Of a DNA stretch of 32,000 nucleotides, positions 1 through 9,389 are shown in pieces. The DNA is from Mycobacterium tuberculosis H37Rv (GTDB lineage: Bacteria > Actinomycetota > Actinomycetes > Mycobacteriales > Mycobacteriaceae). The stretch is from contig NC_000962.3 in assembly GCF_000195955.2 (NCBI RefSeq), positions 1,320,001 to 1,352,000 of the forward strand. Reading direction: 5' to 3'. A program made the position numbers and the translations under genes. Every line of letters begins with the position of its first letter. Position 1 is the stretch's first letter. The notes beneath the pieces were generated by a model, which searched no databases, was not told the origin of the DNA, and saw nothing but the letters and a program-made list of their open reading frames with translations.

Positions 1-34
1 CGTTGCGGAAGTTTGAGATCGAGCCGAGGAGGGC

Positions 35-1453
35 ATGTTGCGGGTTGGACCGTTGACAATAGGCACGCTGGACGACTGGGCGCCGAGCACGGGTTCGACT
101 GTGTCATGGCGACCTTCGGCTGTCGCGCACACGAAAGCGTCGCAGGCGCCGATCAGCGATGTTCCGGTCAGTTATATGCAGGCGCAACATATTCGGGGCT
201 ATTGCGAGCAAAAGGCAAAGGGACTCGACTACTCGCGGTTGATGGTCGTCAGCTGCCAGCAGCCCGGCCAGTGCGATATCCGGGCGGCCAACTACGTGAT
301 CAACGCCCATCTCCGACGGCACGATACCTATCGCAGCTGGTTCCAATACAACGGCAACGGACAAATAATCCGGCGTACGATCCAGGATCCCGCCGACATC
401 GAGTTCGTACCAGTTCATCATGGTGAGCTCACGCTGCCGCAAATTCGCGAGATCGTGCAGAACACGCCGGATCCCCTGCAATGGGGTTGTTTTCGGTTTG
501 GGATCGTGCAAGGCTGCGACCATTTCACATTCTTTGCAAGTGTGGATCATGTGCATGTGGACGCGATGATCGTCGGTGTCACGCTCATGGAGTTCCACCT
601 GATGTACGCAGCGCTGGTGGGCGGCCATGCCCCTCTCGAGCTACCGCCGGCAGGCAGCTACGACGACTTCTGCCGCCGACAACACACGTTCAGCTCCACC
701 CTCACGGTGGAGTCGCCCCAGGTTCGCGCCTGGACGAAGTTCGCCGAAGGTACTAACGGTAGCTTTCCTGATTTTCCACTCCCACTTGGTGACCCATCGA
801 AACCCAGTGACGCGGATATTGTCACCGTGATGATGCTCGATGAAGAGCAGACGGCTCAATTCGAGTCCGTCTGCACGGCTGCCGGCGCTCGGTTCATCGG
901 TGGCGTACTAGCCTGCTGCGGCCTGGCTGAACACGAGTTGACCGGTACGACAACCTATTACGGACTAACGCCGCGCGACACGCGCCGCACTCCAGCGGAT
1001 GCCATGACCCAAGGTTGGTTCACCGGCCTAATTCCGATCACCGTCCCCATCGCCGGCTCGGCGTTCGGCGATGCCGCCCGAGCCGCGCAGACCTCGTTCG
1101 ACTCGGGCGTGAAGCTCGCCGAAGTACCCTACGACCGCGTCGTCGAATTGTCGTCCACGCTAACCATGCCACGACCGAACTTTCCCGTCGTCAACTTCCT
1201 CGACGCAGGCGCGGCTCCGCTTTCGGTACTGCTCACCGCGGAGTTAACCGGTACGAACATAGGAGTGTACAGCGACGGTCGCTACTCTTATCAACTGTCC
1301 ATCTACGTCATCCGCGTCGAGCAGGGGACGGCAGTGGCGGTCATGTTCCCCGACAACCCGATCGCCCGGGAATCGGTTGCCCGCTACCTGGCAACGCTGA
1401 AGTCTGTGTTCCAACGAGTCGCCGAGAGCGGGCAGCAGCAGAATGTTGCCTGA
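35..1453 (+). CDS. papA3: PapA3, polyketide-associated (condensation-domain-type) acyltransferase of the di-/poly-acyltrehalose (DAT/PAT) pathway
   Basis: 472-aa track ORF. Purine-rich GAGGAGGG at 26-33 abuts ATG 35. Active-site-type motif DHVHVDA at aa 171-177 (HHxxxDG family). Sequence and length recognised from memory as Rv1182. Confidence 0.93.
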   Translation: MLRVGPLTIGTLDDWAPSTGSTVSWRPSAVAHTKASQAPISDVPVSYMQAQHIRGYCEQKAKGLDYSRLMVVSCQQPGQCDIRAANYVINAHLRRHDTYRSWFQYNGNGQIIRRTIQDPADIEFVPVHHGELTLPQIREIVQNTPDPLQWGCFRFGIVQGCDHFTFFASVDHVHVDAMIVGVTLMEFHLMYAALVGGHAPLELPPAGSYDDFCRRQHTFSSTLTVESPQVRAWTKFAEGTNGSFPDFPLPLGDPSKPSDADIVTVMMLDEEQTAQFESVCTAAGARFIGGVLACCGLAEHELTGTTTYYGLTPRDTRRTPADAMTQGWFTGLIPITVPIAGSAFGDAARAAQTSFDSGVKLAEVPYDRVVELSSTLTMPRPNFPVVNFLDAGAAPLSVLLTAELTGTNIGVYSDGRYSYQLSIYVIRVEQGTAVAVMFPDNPIARESVARYLATLKSVFQRVAESGQQQNVA

Positions 1454-1519
1454 TTCATTCCCGGTGGTGAACCCATCTTCGCGCGGCTAGGTGAACTCGT
1501 CGCCCGGCGGCCTTGGGTT

Positions 1520-4500
1520 GTGGTCGGCTGTTGGGTCGCGCTCGCCCTGGTACTGCCGATGGCGGTGCCTTCACTGGCGGAGATGGCTCAGCGACATCCC
1601 GTCGCGGTCCTGCCTGCCGACGCGCCCTCCAGCGTCGCTGTTCGCCAGATGGCCGAGGCGTTCCACGAATCCGGCTCCGAGAATATCTTGGTAGTGCTGC
1701 TCACCGACGAGAAAGGCTTGGGAGCGGCGGACGAAAACGTCTACCACACATTGGTGGATCGTCTGCGAAACGACGCTAAAGACGTCGTGATGCTGCAGGA
1801 CTTCCTGACTACTCCGCCATTGCGTGAGGTGCTCGGTAGTAAAGATGGCAAGGCATGGATTCTGCCGATCGGTCTCGCGGGCGACCTGGGTACACCCAAG
1901 TCCTACCACGCTTACACCGACGTCGAACGCATCGTGAAACGAACTGTGGCCGGAACCACGTTGACGGCAAACGTGACAGGACCCGCAGCCACGGTGGCAG
2001 ACCTGACCGACGCTGGGGCTCGGGATCGGGCTTCAATCGAGCTGGCGATCGCCGTGATGTTGCTAGTCATCTTGATGGTCATCTATCGCAACCCGGTTAC
2101 CATGCTGTTGCCCCTGGTGACGATTGGCGCATCCTTGATGACCGCGCAGGCGTTGGTTGCCGGCGTGTCGCTCGTCGGCGGTCTAGCCGTATCCAATCAA
2201 GCGATCGTGTTGCTCAGCGCAATGATCGCTGGTGCGGGAACGGATTACGCCGTTTTCCTAATCAGCCGCTATCACGAGTATGTGCGGCTCGGTGAGCATC
2301 CCGAGCGTGCCGTCCAGCGGGCGATGATGTCCGTCGGGAAGGTGATCGCCGCGTCCGCGGCAACGGTCGGAATCACCTTCCTCGGCATGAGATTCGCCAA
2401 ACTCGGTGTGTTCTCAACGGTTGGCCCGGCTCTGGCGATCGGGATCGCGGTGTCGTTCTTGGCCGCGGTCACCCTGCTGCCCGCCATCCTGGTGCTGGCC
2501 TCACCGCGCGGGTGGGTCGCACCGCGCGGTGAACGCATGGCGACATTCTGGCGGCGGGCCGGAACGCGAATAGTGCGGCGGCCCAAAGCTTATCTAGGCG
2601 CCAGCTTGATTGGTCTGGTTGCATTGGCCAGCTGCGCGAGCCTGGCTCACTTCAACTACGACGACCGCAAACAATTGCCGCCTTCGGATCCGAGTTCGGT
2701 TGGGTACGCGGCAATGGAGCACCATTTCTCGGTGAATCAGACTATTCCTGAGTACTTGATCATCCACTCTGCACACGACCTGCGAACCCCGCGCGGCCTT
2801 GCCGACCTGGAGCAGCTGGCGCAACGTGTGAGCCAGATCCCAGGCGTTGCCATGGTTCGCGGTGTGACCCGGCCAAACGGGGAAACCCTTGAACAGGCCC
2901 GGGCGACATACCAAGCCGGCCAAGTTGGCAACCGGCTGGGCGGCGCGTCGCGAATGATCGATGAGCGCACCGGCGACCTGAATCGGCTGGCATCGGGTGC
3001 CAACCTGTTGGCCGACAATCTCGGTGACGTTCGCGGTCAAGTCAGCCGGGCCGTTGCGGGTGTCCGCAGCCTTGTCGACGCCCTCGCTTACATCCAGAAC
3101 CAGTTCGGTGGCAACAAAACATTCAACGAAATCGACAACGCTGCAAGGCTTGTCAGCAATATCCACGCGCTCGGTGACGCTCTGCAGGTAAACTTTGACG
3201 GTATCGCCAACAGTTTCGATTGGCTTGACTCTGTTGTCGCCGCTTTGGATACCAGCCCGGTCTGTGACAGCAACCCTATGTGTGGCAACGCGCGCGTTCA
3301 GTTTCACAAGCTGCAAACCGCACGTGACAATGGCACTCTCGACAAGGTTGTCGGCCTGGCGCGTCAGCTGCAGTCCACGCGGTCACCGCAGACCGTGTCG
3401 GCGGTGGTGAACGATCTGGGGCGATCGCTGAATTCGGTAGTCCGCTCGCTGAAATCACTGGGGTTGGACAATCCGGACGCCGCCCGGGCGCGCCTGATCA
3501 GCATGCAAAATGGAGCTAACGACCTCGCCAGCGCCGGTCGTCAGGTCGCAGACGGCGTCCAGATGCTGGTCGACCAGACCAAGAACATGGGCATCGGGCT
3601 GAACCAGGCGTCAGCCTTTCTGATGGCGATGGGCAACGATGCGTCGCAACCGTCGATGGCGGGTTTCAATGTCCCGCCGCAAGTGCTGAAGTCCGAGGAG
3701 TTCAAAAAAGTCGCCCAGGCGTTCATCTCGCCAGACGGGCATACCGTGCGGTACTTCATTCAGACCGACCTCAACCCGTTCAGCACTGCGGCCATGGATC
3801 AGGTCAACACGATCATTGACACAGCCAAAGGTGCACAGCCAAATACCTCCCTGGCTGACGCGTCGATATCAATGTCGGGTTACCCGGTCATGCTGAGGGA
3901 CATCCGCGATTACTACGAGCGCGATATGCGGCTCATCGTCGCTGTGACCGTCGTCGTGGTGATCCTGATCCTCATGGCACTGCTGCGTGCGATAGTGGCG
4001 CCGCTGTACCTGGTCGGTTCGGTGGTCATCTCGTACATGTCGGCGATCGGGCTTGGTGTGGTGGTGTTCCAGGTGTTCCTGGGGCAGGAATTGCACTGGA
4101 GTGTGCCCGGCCTAGCGTTTGTGGTGCTGGTCGCCGTGGGTGCGGACTACAACATGCTGCTGGCGTCGCGGTTGCGGGACGAGTCGGCATTGGGAGTGCG
4201 TTCCAGCGTGATTCGCACGGTGCGTTGCACGGGCGGAGTGATCACGGCAGCGGGTCTGATATTTGCCGCTTCGATGTCCGGCCTGCTGTTCTCCAGCATC
4301 GGAACCGTCGTCCAAGGCGGCTTCATCATTGGGGTCGGGATCCTGATAGACACGTTCGTGGTGCGGACCATCACCGTGCCTGCCATGGCCACGCTGCTCG
4401 GACGCGCAAGTTGGTGGCCCGGACACCCTTGGCAGCGGTGCGCACCCGAAGAAGGCCAGATGTCAGCCCGGATGTCAGCGCGCACGAAGACGGTATTTCA

Positions 4501-4528
4501 AGCCGTGGCAGACGGATCAAAGCGGTAG
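1520..4528 (+). CDS. mmpL10: MmpL10, RND-superfamily lipid transporter (DAT/PAT export)
   Basis: 1002-aa track ORF with a GTG start. Two hydrophobic 6-TM blocks flank a large soluble domain. Both RND proton-relay D-Y motifs are present ([16 protein letters not shown] and [17 protein letters not shown]). Length matches remembered Rv1183. The true start is uncertain (see finding). Confidence 0.9.
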
Positions 4529-4531
4529 TGT

Positions 4532-5611
4532 TTAGCCGCCGAAGGCGGGGGAGCCCAGTAAGCCGCGGGCACCTTCCACGATCGAGCCCGGAGCGGTCAG
4601 CGGATCCAGGCCTCGCACCGGATCCACGGAGACCGGCCGGGTGAACCAATTGTCGTTGCGTGCATAGGCCGCGTCGATCTGTGGTTGCAGCACACTGTCG
4701 ATTTGATCGACTTCGGCGTCGGACATGCCGAGGTAACGCAGCGGCAAGGTCAACGGGAGGTGGTTCACGGGGACCAGATACGTCGTCGTGGTAGCGCCTC
4801 GTGAGTTGACGGTGGTCCTGATGTTCTGCGGGGGTACGTCACCGGGTCCGGTGAACCCGATTGGGGTGTGCGCGATGGCAGCGCCGATGGCCGCATTGGC
4901 GACCGCTAACAGATTGTCCGGCCGGTCCGGGAAGTCGCTGAAGCCGTCGTATGCGGTGACGACATGGTTGGTGTCGTACTGGCTATCCACCTGCTGGGGC
5001 ATCGTATATTCGATGAAGGGAATCGGAATGTGGCTACCGGGGGGAAAAATTCGGGCCAGGAAGCTCGCTCCGAACGCATGACGTCCGGTGGGGTCGCCGA
5101 ACGTCGTGAACTGCAGCTTGTCCGGTGCAGGTGCCGTCGGGTCGTTGGCGAGCCGCGCCTGCTCCTGGTCGAGCACGAGGGAACCCTGGGATAGGCCGAC
5201 GGCCGCGGCTGGATCGGTTCCGTGATGAATTGCGTTATCAAGGCTGTTTGTCCCATCTTTGACCGCCACGCCCACCGTCATGTTGTCTTGGTGGCTCCCT
5301 GGCGGCAAAAGCATGGTGGGCCACCAGCTGAAGGCCGCTCCGGCGGGATAGTCGATGAGATCGTGCTTTGCGTTTGGGAAATATTGAGAGCCAGCCTGGT
5401 TCGTGTACTCGTACCAGGGAATGCCCGGCATTCGCGCGCCCCCGAGGGCGTAGACGACTTTGGCGGTTGAAGCGTCGCCCACCGGAGAGGGGGACGGAGG
5501 TGGCCCAGGAGCCCACGGGTACGCGGGTTCGCTTGCCGCAATAGCGGTTCCGAATCCACCGGCCCAACCCACGAGCCAGACCGCGAATGCTCCCGCAATC
5601 ACTCGCTTCAT
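4532..5611 (-). CDS. chp2: Chp2 (Rv1184c), exported PE-PPE-type alpha/beta serine hydrolase/acyltransferase for PAT assembly
   Basis: Track ORF 4532..5647 (371 aa). I prefer ATG 5611 (359 aa) because it gives a classical signal peptide, MKRVIAGAFAVWLVGWAGGFGTAIA/ASE. GxSxG nucleophile motif GLSQG is present. The upstream ATG 5647 remains an alternative. The gene lies 3 nt from the convergent mmpL10 stop. Confidence 0.88.
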   Translation of the reverse strand: MKRVIAGAFAVWLVGWAGGFGTAIAASEPAYPWAPGPPPSPSPVGDASTAKVVYALGGARMPGIPWYEYTNQAGSQYFPNAKHDLIDYPAGAAFSWWPTMLLPPGSHQDNMTVGVAVKDGTNSLDNAIHHGTDPAAAVGLSQGSLVLDQEQARLANDPTAPAPDKLQFTTFGDPTGRHAFGASFLARIFPPGSHIPIPFIEYTMPQQVDSQYDTNHVVTAYDGFSDFPDRPDNLLAVANAAIGAAIAHTPIGFTGPGDVPPQNIRTTVNSRGATTTTYLVPVNHLPLTLPLRYLGMSDAEVDQIDSVLQPQIDAAYARNDNWFTRPVSVDPVRGLDPLTAPGSIVEGARGLLGSPAFGG

Positions 5612-5694
5612 CTGCCTCTGCATCGAGAATCGCGTGCGTGAAAGCATAGGAAAGCAGCTATCGTTCGGCGGTTTTCGGGCGGTTATGTCGCCAT

Positions 5695-5700
5695 ATCTTA
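5695..5700 (-). promoter_or_regulatory. Candidate -10 hexamer TAAGAT (TANNNT class) for a leadered chp2 transcript
   Basis: The minus strand reads gacTAAGATatggcgA. It lies 28 nt downstream of the fadD21 3' hairpin and about 77 nt upstream of ATG 5611. Hexamer match only. Confidence 0.3.
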
Positions 5701-5727
5701 GTCAGCCACGTCCCGGCCGACATTAAA

Positions 5728-5740
5728 GTTGGCAGCCAAC
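5728..5740 (-). terminator. Candidate intrinsic terminator after fadD21
   Basis: Minus-strand RNA reads GUUGG-CUG-CCAAC followed by UUUAAUG, 36 nt after the fadD21 stop. The stem is only 5 bp, so this is weak. Confidence 0.25.
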
Positions 5741-5775
5741 AAGCTGTGAATCGCCCTGGGTCAGCCCCGACTAGC

Positions 5776-7512
5776 TCAGCCGTCCAACCGGGTGAATTGC
5801 TGCAGCCGGTATTGCTCTACACAGGCGGCCCTTCTGATCTTGCCGCTGGTTGTGGTGGGGATCGACCCGGGCGGGACCAAGACGAGGTCCGCCACGTTGA
5901 GACCGTGCGAGCGTGATATCGCGGCTGTGACGTTGTTCTTGATGACATCGAGTTCGTCCATCGCTTCGCCGGCGGAATCGCCGAGGAGCTTGAGCTCGAT
6001 GACAGTGACTAACTTCTCTGTGTGATCGACCGGAACTGAAATCGCAGCGACCCGACCACCAGTGATCTCCTGGACGGTCGACTCGATGTCCTCGGGGTAG
6101 TGATTGCGCCCGTATACGATCAGCATGTCCTTCATACGGCCCACGATGAACATCTCGTCCTCGGAGAGGAATCCGAGGTCTCCCGTTCGCAACCAGGATC
6201 CATCAGGAGTACCTGCCGAGGGGTGGACCAGCATTGCGCCAAAGGTGTGCCGTGTCTCGTCCGGTTTGTTCCAGTAGCCTTCGGCGACGTTGTCGCCCTT
6301 CACCCAGATCTCGCCGATCGTTCCCGCGGGGCACTCAATGCAGGTGTCGGGATCCACAATTCGCACTGTTGGTGATGTCGGCATGCCATAGCTCAGCAGC
6401 GGTGTGCCGGTCTTGGGTTCACATCGATTCGCACTGCCCGTGGACAGCTTGTCAGGTTCGAAGTAGACGACTTCTGGCTTGTCACCCGAATTGCGGCTGG
6501 CCACATAAAGAGTCGCTTCCGCCAGACCGTACGAAGGCCGTATCATGTCTTCGCGGAAATTGTACGGTGCAAACCGGTTGCAGAATCTACTGAGCGTGTT
6601 GGGGTGGACTCGTTCAGCACCACTGGTGATGCCCAGGACGTTGCCGAGGTCGAGGCCTTCTATGTCGGCATCTGTTGTCTTGCGGACGGCCAATTCGAAG
6701 GCGAAATTCGGTGCGGCCGACCACGAAGGACTTCCGTTGGCCAGCGAATGTAGCCAACGCGCTGGCCGTTGCAGGAACGCCAGCGGGCTAGTGAGTTCAC
6801 TGCGGTAGCCGCCCAGGATCGGTGCGATGATGCCAAGGACCAAGCCCATGTCGTGGTAGAACGGCAGCCACGACACGATGGTAGTGTCAGGTGGCGCCAC
6901 ACCGTTGCGGTCGCCGAAGTAGTTCGACATCAGCTGTTGGAAATTCGCCTGAAGGTTCCGATGCGAGATCATGACCCCAGCCGGAGCGCGGGTGGAGCCA
7001 GAGGTGTACTGCAAGTACGCGGCGCTTGGCAGATCCTTCACCCGAAAGCTCGGTGAATTCCCGGTCAAGTCCAATGAATCGATTTCGATGATCGGCCCTA
7101 CGTTGTTCGTGTTCGGCCGGTGGATGTGCTCGGCAACCGCTTCTGCGACCGCAGATGTTGTCAGGATGACCGAAGGTGACGCGTCGGCAAGCACCGCGCT
7201 GACACGTTCGTCGTGAGAGCCGATCTGCGGGACTGACAACGGAACCGCTATCGCTCCGGCCTGCATCGAACCTAGGAAAGCCGCGATGTAGGCCAGGCCC
7301 TGCGGAGCCAGAATCACGGCTCGGTCTCCGGTCGTGCAATGCCGCCTGACTTCGTGAGCAACGATGCGGGTCCGTCGAAACACCTCTGACCACGTGAGCG
7401 TCTCGGTGATGCCGGCCCAATCCTGTTCGTAGTCGATGTACGTGAACGCGGCGTCGTCGGGCTGCAGGCCGGCACGCTCGCGCAGCAAGGACAAGACAGA
7501 AGAGTCGGACAT
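5776..7512 (-). CDS. fadD21: FadD21, fatty-acyl-AMP ligase (FAAL) supplying the Pks3/4 DAT/PAT pathway
   Basis: Track ORF 5776..7614. I prefer ATG 7512 (578 aa, [10 protein letters not shown]...), which matches the remembered Rv1185c length and the leaderless-type -10. Adenylation motif [12 protein letters not shown] is present, and the C-terminal ...SGKIRR is typical of FAAL/FadD enzymes. Confidence 0.9.
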   Translation of the reverse strand: MSDSSVLSLLRERAGLQPDDAAFTYIDYEQDWAGITETLTWSEVFRRTRIVAHEVRRHCTTGDRAVILAPQGLAYIAAFLGSMQAGAIAVPLSVPQIGSHDERVSAVLADASPSVILTTSAVAEAVAEHIHRPNTNNVGPIIEIDSLDLTGNSPSFRVKDLPSAAYLQYTSGSTRAPAGVMISHRNLQANFQQLMSNYFGDRNGVAPPDTTIVSWLPFYHDMGLVLGIIAPILGGYRSELTSPLAFLQRPARWLHSLANGSPSWSAAPNFAFELAVRKTTDADIEGLDLGNVLGITSGAERVHPNTLSRFCNRFAPYNFREDMIRPSYGLAEATLYVASRNSGDKPEVVYFEPDKLSTGSANRCEPKTGTPLLSYGMPTSPTVRIVDPDTCIECPAGTIGEIWVKGDNVAEGYWNKPDETRHTFGAMLVHPSAGTPDGSWLRTGDLGFLSEDEMFIVGRMKDMLIVYGRNHYPEDIESTVQEITGGRVAAISVPVDHTEKLVTVIELKLLGDSAGEAMDELDVIKNNVTAAISRSHGLNVADLVLVPPGSIPTTTSGKIRRAACVEQYRLQQFTRLDG

Positions 7513-7519
7513 TGGTGCT

Positions 7520-7525
7520 ACATTA
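7520..7525 (-). promoter_or_regulatory. Candidate -10 hexamer TAATGT giving a leaderless fadD21 mRNA
   Basis: The minus strand reads TAATGT-agcacca-ATG, with 7 nt between the hexamer and the A of ATG 7512. This is the mycobacterial TANNNT leaderless geometry. Confidence 0.45.
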
Positions 7526-7688
7526 CCGTTTCGCGCGATCTCCGATAACCCAAGCGGGCAGGGGGATGGTTGGCGATAGCGATGCTGATCATAACGTTCT
7601 GCAATGCTGTGCATGTGCTGAAACAGGTTGACGCAGAGTCGAAGTCGGTGTACGCAGGGGCGCCGTGAGGGGCGTCACGGTCGAGTTG

Positions 7689-9305
7689 CTAAGCCGTGCG
7701 TTCCATGGCCCGCAGCCCCAGCGAAAAGAGCAGCCGCACATCCGGATCGCCCAGCGAGGTCGACAACAGCTGCTCGATCCGCCTTATCCGGTAGCGAACG
7801 GTGTTGGGATGCACTTGCAGTGACCGTGCGGCGGCGCCGATGTCGCCGAAGGCATCCAGGTAGGCACGCAGGGTCTGAGCCAGCACCGGGTCCTGGGCGC
7901 CCAGGTCACGTATCCGAGGATCGACGAGCCGCTGGTCGGTGCCGACCAGGGTGACGATTTCGTCGAGCAGAACGGTGGTGCGTGCCTCGGCCAGCGATGT
8001 CACCTGCCCCAAGATCGGGTGGCGCTCGGCACTCTCGAGTACCCGATCCACCTCGACGCGTGCCGGGTTGACTTCGGCAAGTCCCGCGACCGGCCCCGCG
8101 ATGGCTGCCCGTAGTGCTACTCCCAGCTCGGCGCGCAGTGCGCTGATTGTGCCGCGGACCCACGAGGTGACAGCTCGGCCGGTCGTGGTTTGGGGCAGCA
8201 GCACATAGATCCGTGAGCCGTTGGCGGCAACCTGAGCGTCGTGGCGAAAAGCGCTGGCGCTCAATGCCATGACGTCAACAAGCCGAACATGGCGGACTGC
8301 GGTATCGCGGTTTTCCGCGGTGTCGAAACCGATCAGCGTTGCGTTGCCCTCGGCGGCGACGCCGAGTTCACGGGCGATGGTCGATACGTCGACGGGTGCT
8401 GTGGTTGCGTTCAGCTCGGCCAGGCCCAGTAGTTGCTGTACCCGCAGCGCGTGCGTATTGGGCTGGGTCGCCAGTCGCGACATGATCCGGGCGGCCAGCA
8501 CCGCAGCACCCCGCAACATCTCCTCGGCATCGTCGGCCAACGGCTGCGAGCCTTGCTGGACCCAGATCGTGCCGGCGAACACCGGTGGCCGCAGCGCACC
8601 GACCCCCGGCTGATGAATCCCGATGGCTAGCCGAGGACGCAACCCCAGCTCGGGGCGCTCGGCCACCCGCACCACCTCACGGCCGGGCCGCAGGGCATCG
8701 AAGATGCCCCATTGACCTATCCACTGCAGATGCTCGGGCGGGCCGGCGCGGCCCAGGATGGACAGCCGACGCAGCTCGTCGGCCTCGTCGTTGGAGGCCG
8801 AGTAGGCGAGCACGTGCGACTGGGCGTCCTCGATGCTGATCATGCCGTGGATGCGGTCGGCCAGGGACTGTGCCAACCCGAACAGGTCGGTTCCGGAATC
8901 GTCGGTGGGGTCGGCCCGGTCACCATGATGCTCCAAGACATGATTCACCAAGTGGTACAGCCGTTCCCAGCGGGCCCGCGGCTCCACGGCTACCACCGCC
9001 GAGCCGGCGCGGACGGCCCCGGCCACCACCGAGTCCGACGGGTGCTTGACGAAGATCGCCACCGGCGCCCGTTGGCGTGCCTGATCGTCGACCCAGCGCA
9101 CCGCCTCGTCGTCGGTGACCCCGATCAGGAAGAACACATCGGCCGAGCCCGCCGCGGCCGCCAGGCCCAGCCGCACGTCGTCGGAATCGATCAGCGCCGT
9201 CGACGCCACCGGCAGGTCCAGGCCGCGCGGGGCGTCCACCAGGCTGACCACGGTCGCATCCAGCGCCAGGAGCAACTGGCCGAGCCCCACGCCGGCGATC
9301 CGCAT
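7689..9305 (-). CDS. PucR/CdaR-family transcriptional regulator (Rv1186c; proline-utilisation regulator PruC-like)
   Basis: The track ORF is artefactually extended to 10205. ATG 9305 gives 538 aa (MRIAGVGLGQ...), the remembered length. C-terminal PucR-type HTH: AARSLQVHPNTVRYRIRRIEQLL. Divergent from pruA. Confidence 0.85.
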   Translation of the reverse strand: MRIAGVGLGQLLLALDATVVSLVDAPRGLDLPVASTALIDSDDVRLGLAAAAGSADVFFLIGVTDDEAVRWVDDQARQRAPVAIFVKHPSDSVVAGAVRAGSAVVAVEPRARWERLYHLVNHVLEHHGDRADPTDDSGTDLFGLAQSLADRIHGMISIEDAQSHVLAYSASNDEADELRRLSILGRAGPPEHLQWIGQWGIFDALRPGREVVRVAERPELGLRPRLAIGIHQPGVGALRPPVFAGTIWVQQGSQPLADDAEEMLRGAAVLAARIMSRLATQPNTHALRVQQLLGLAELNATTAPVDVSTIARELGVAAEGNATLIGFDTAENRDTAVRHVRLVDVMALSASAFRHDAQVAANGSRIYVLLPQTTTGRAVTSWVRGTISALRAELGVALRAAIAGPVAGLAEVNPARVEVDRVLESAERHPILGQVTSLAEARTTVLLDEIVTLVGTDQRLVDPRIRDLGAQDPVLAQTLRAYLDAFGDIGAAARSLQVHPNTVRYRIRRIEQLLSTSLGDPDVRLLFSLGLRAMERTA

Positions 9306-9389
9306 GTTGTCCGATCCTACTAGCAAGTCCGCCAGATCTTGTCTGATCGGCCAAACATTTGCGATGCCTGGGCGGGGATGCTGGCAGGC

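Noticed and set aside
4535-4549. GC-only hairpin CCGCC-gaa-GGCGG immediately after the mmpL10 stop.
   Set aside because: It has a 5-bp stem and a 3-nt loop, no U-tract, and lies inside the chp2 coding 3' end. This is not enough to call a terminator.
6568-6582. Near-palindrome TGCAAACCGGTTGCA within fadD21.
   Set aside because: The arms are offset by one base; only AACCGGTT is truly palindromic. It lies inside coding sequence and has no second copy.
7663-7680. Hairpin CCGTGA-ggggcg-TCACGG just downstream of the Rv1186c stop.
   Set aside because: It has a 6-bp stem but no U-rich tail on the minus-strand RNA. It may be a mycobacterial-type terminator, but that cannot be supported from sequence alone.
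9356-9364. CATTTGCGA upstream of pruA resembles the right half of palindrome copy 2 (AATTTGCGA). This hinted that both PucR regulators might share a motif.
   Set aside because: It is only a half-site with no inverted partner. An 8-9-mer match is expected by chance about once in a 32-kb window on two strands.
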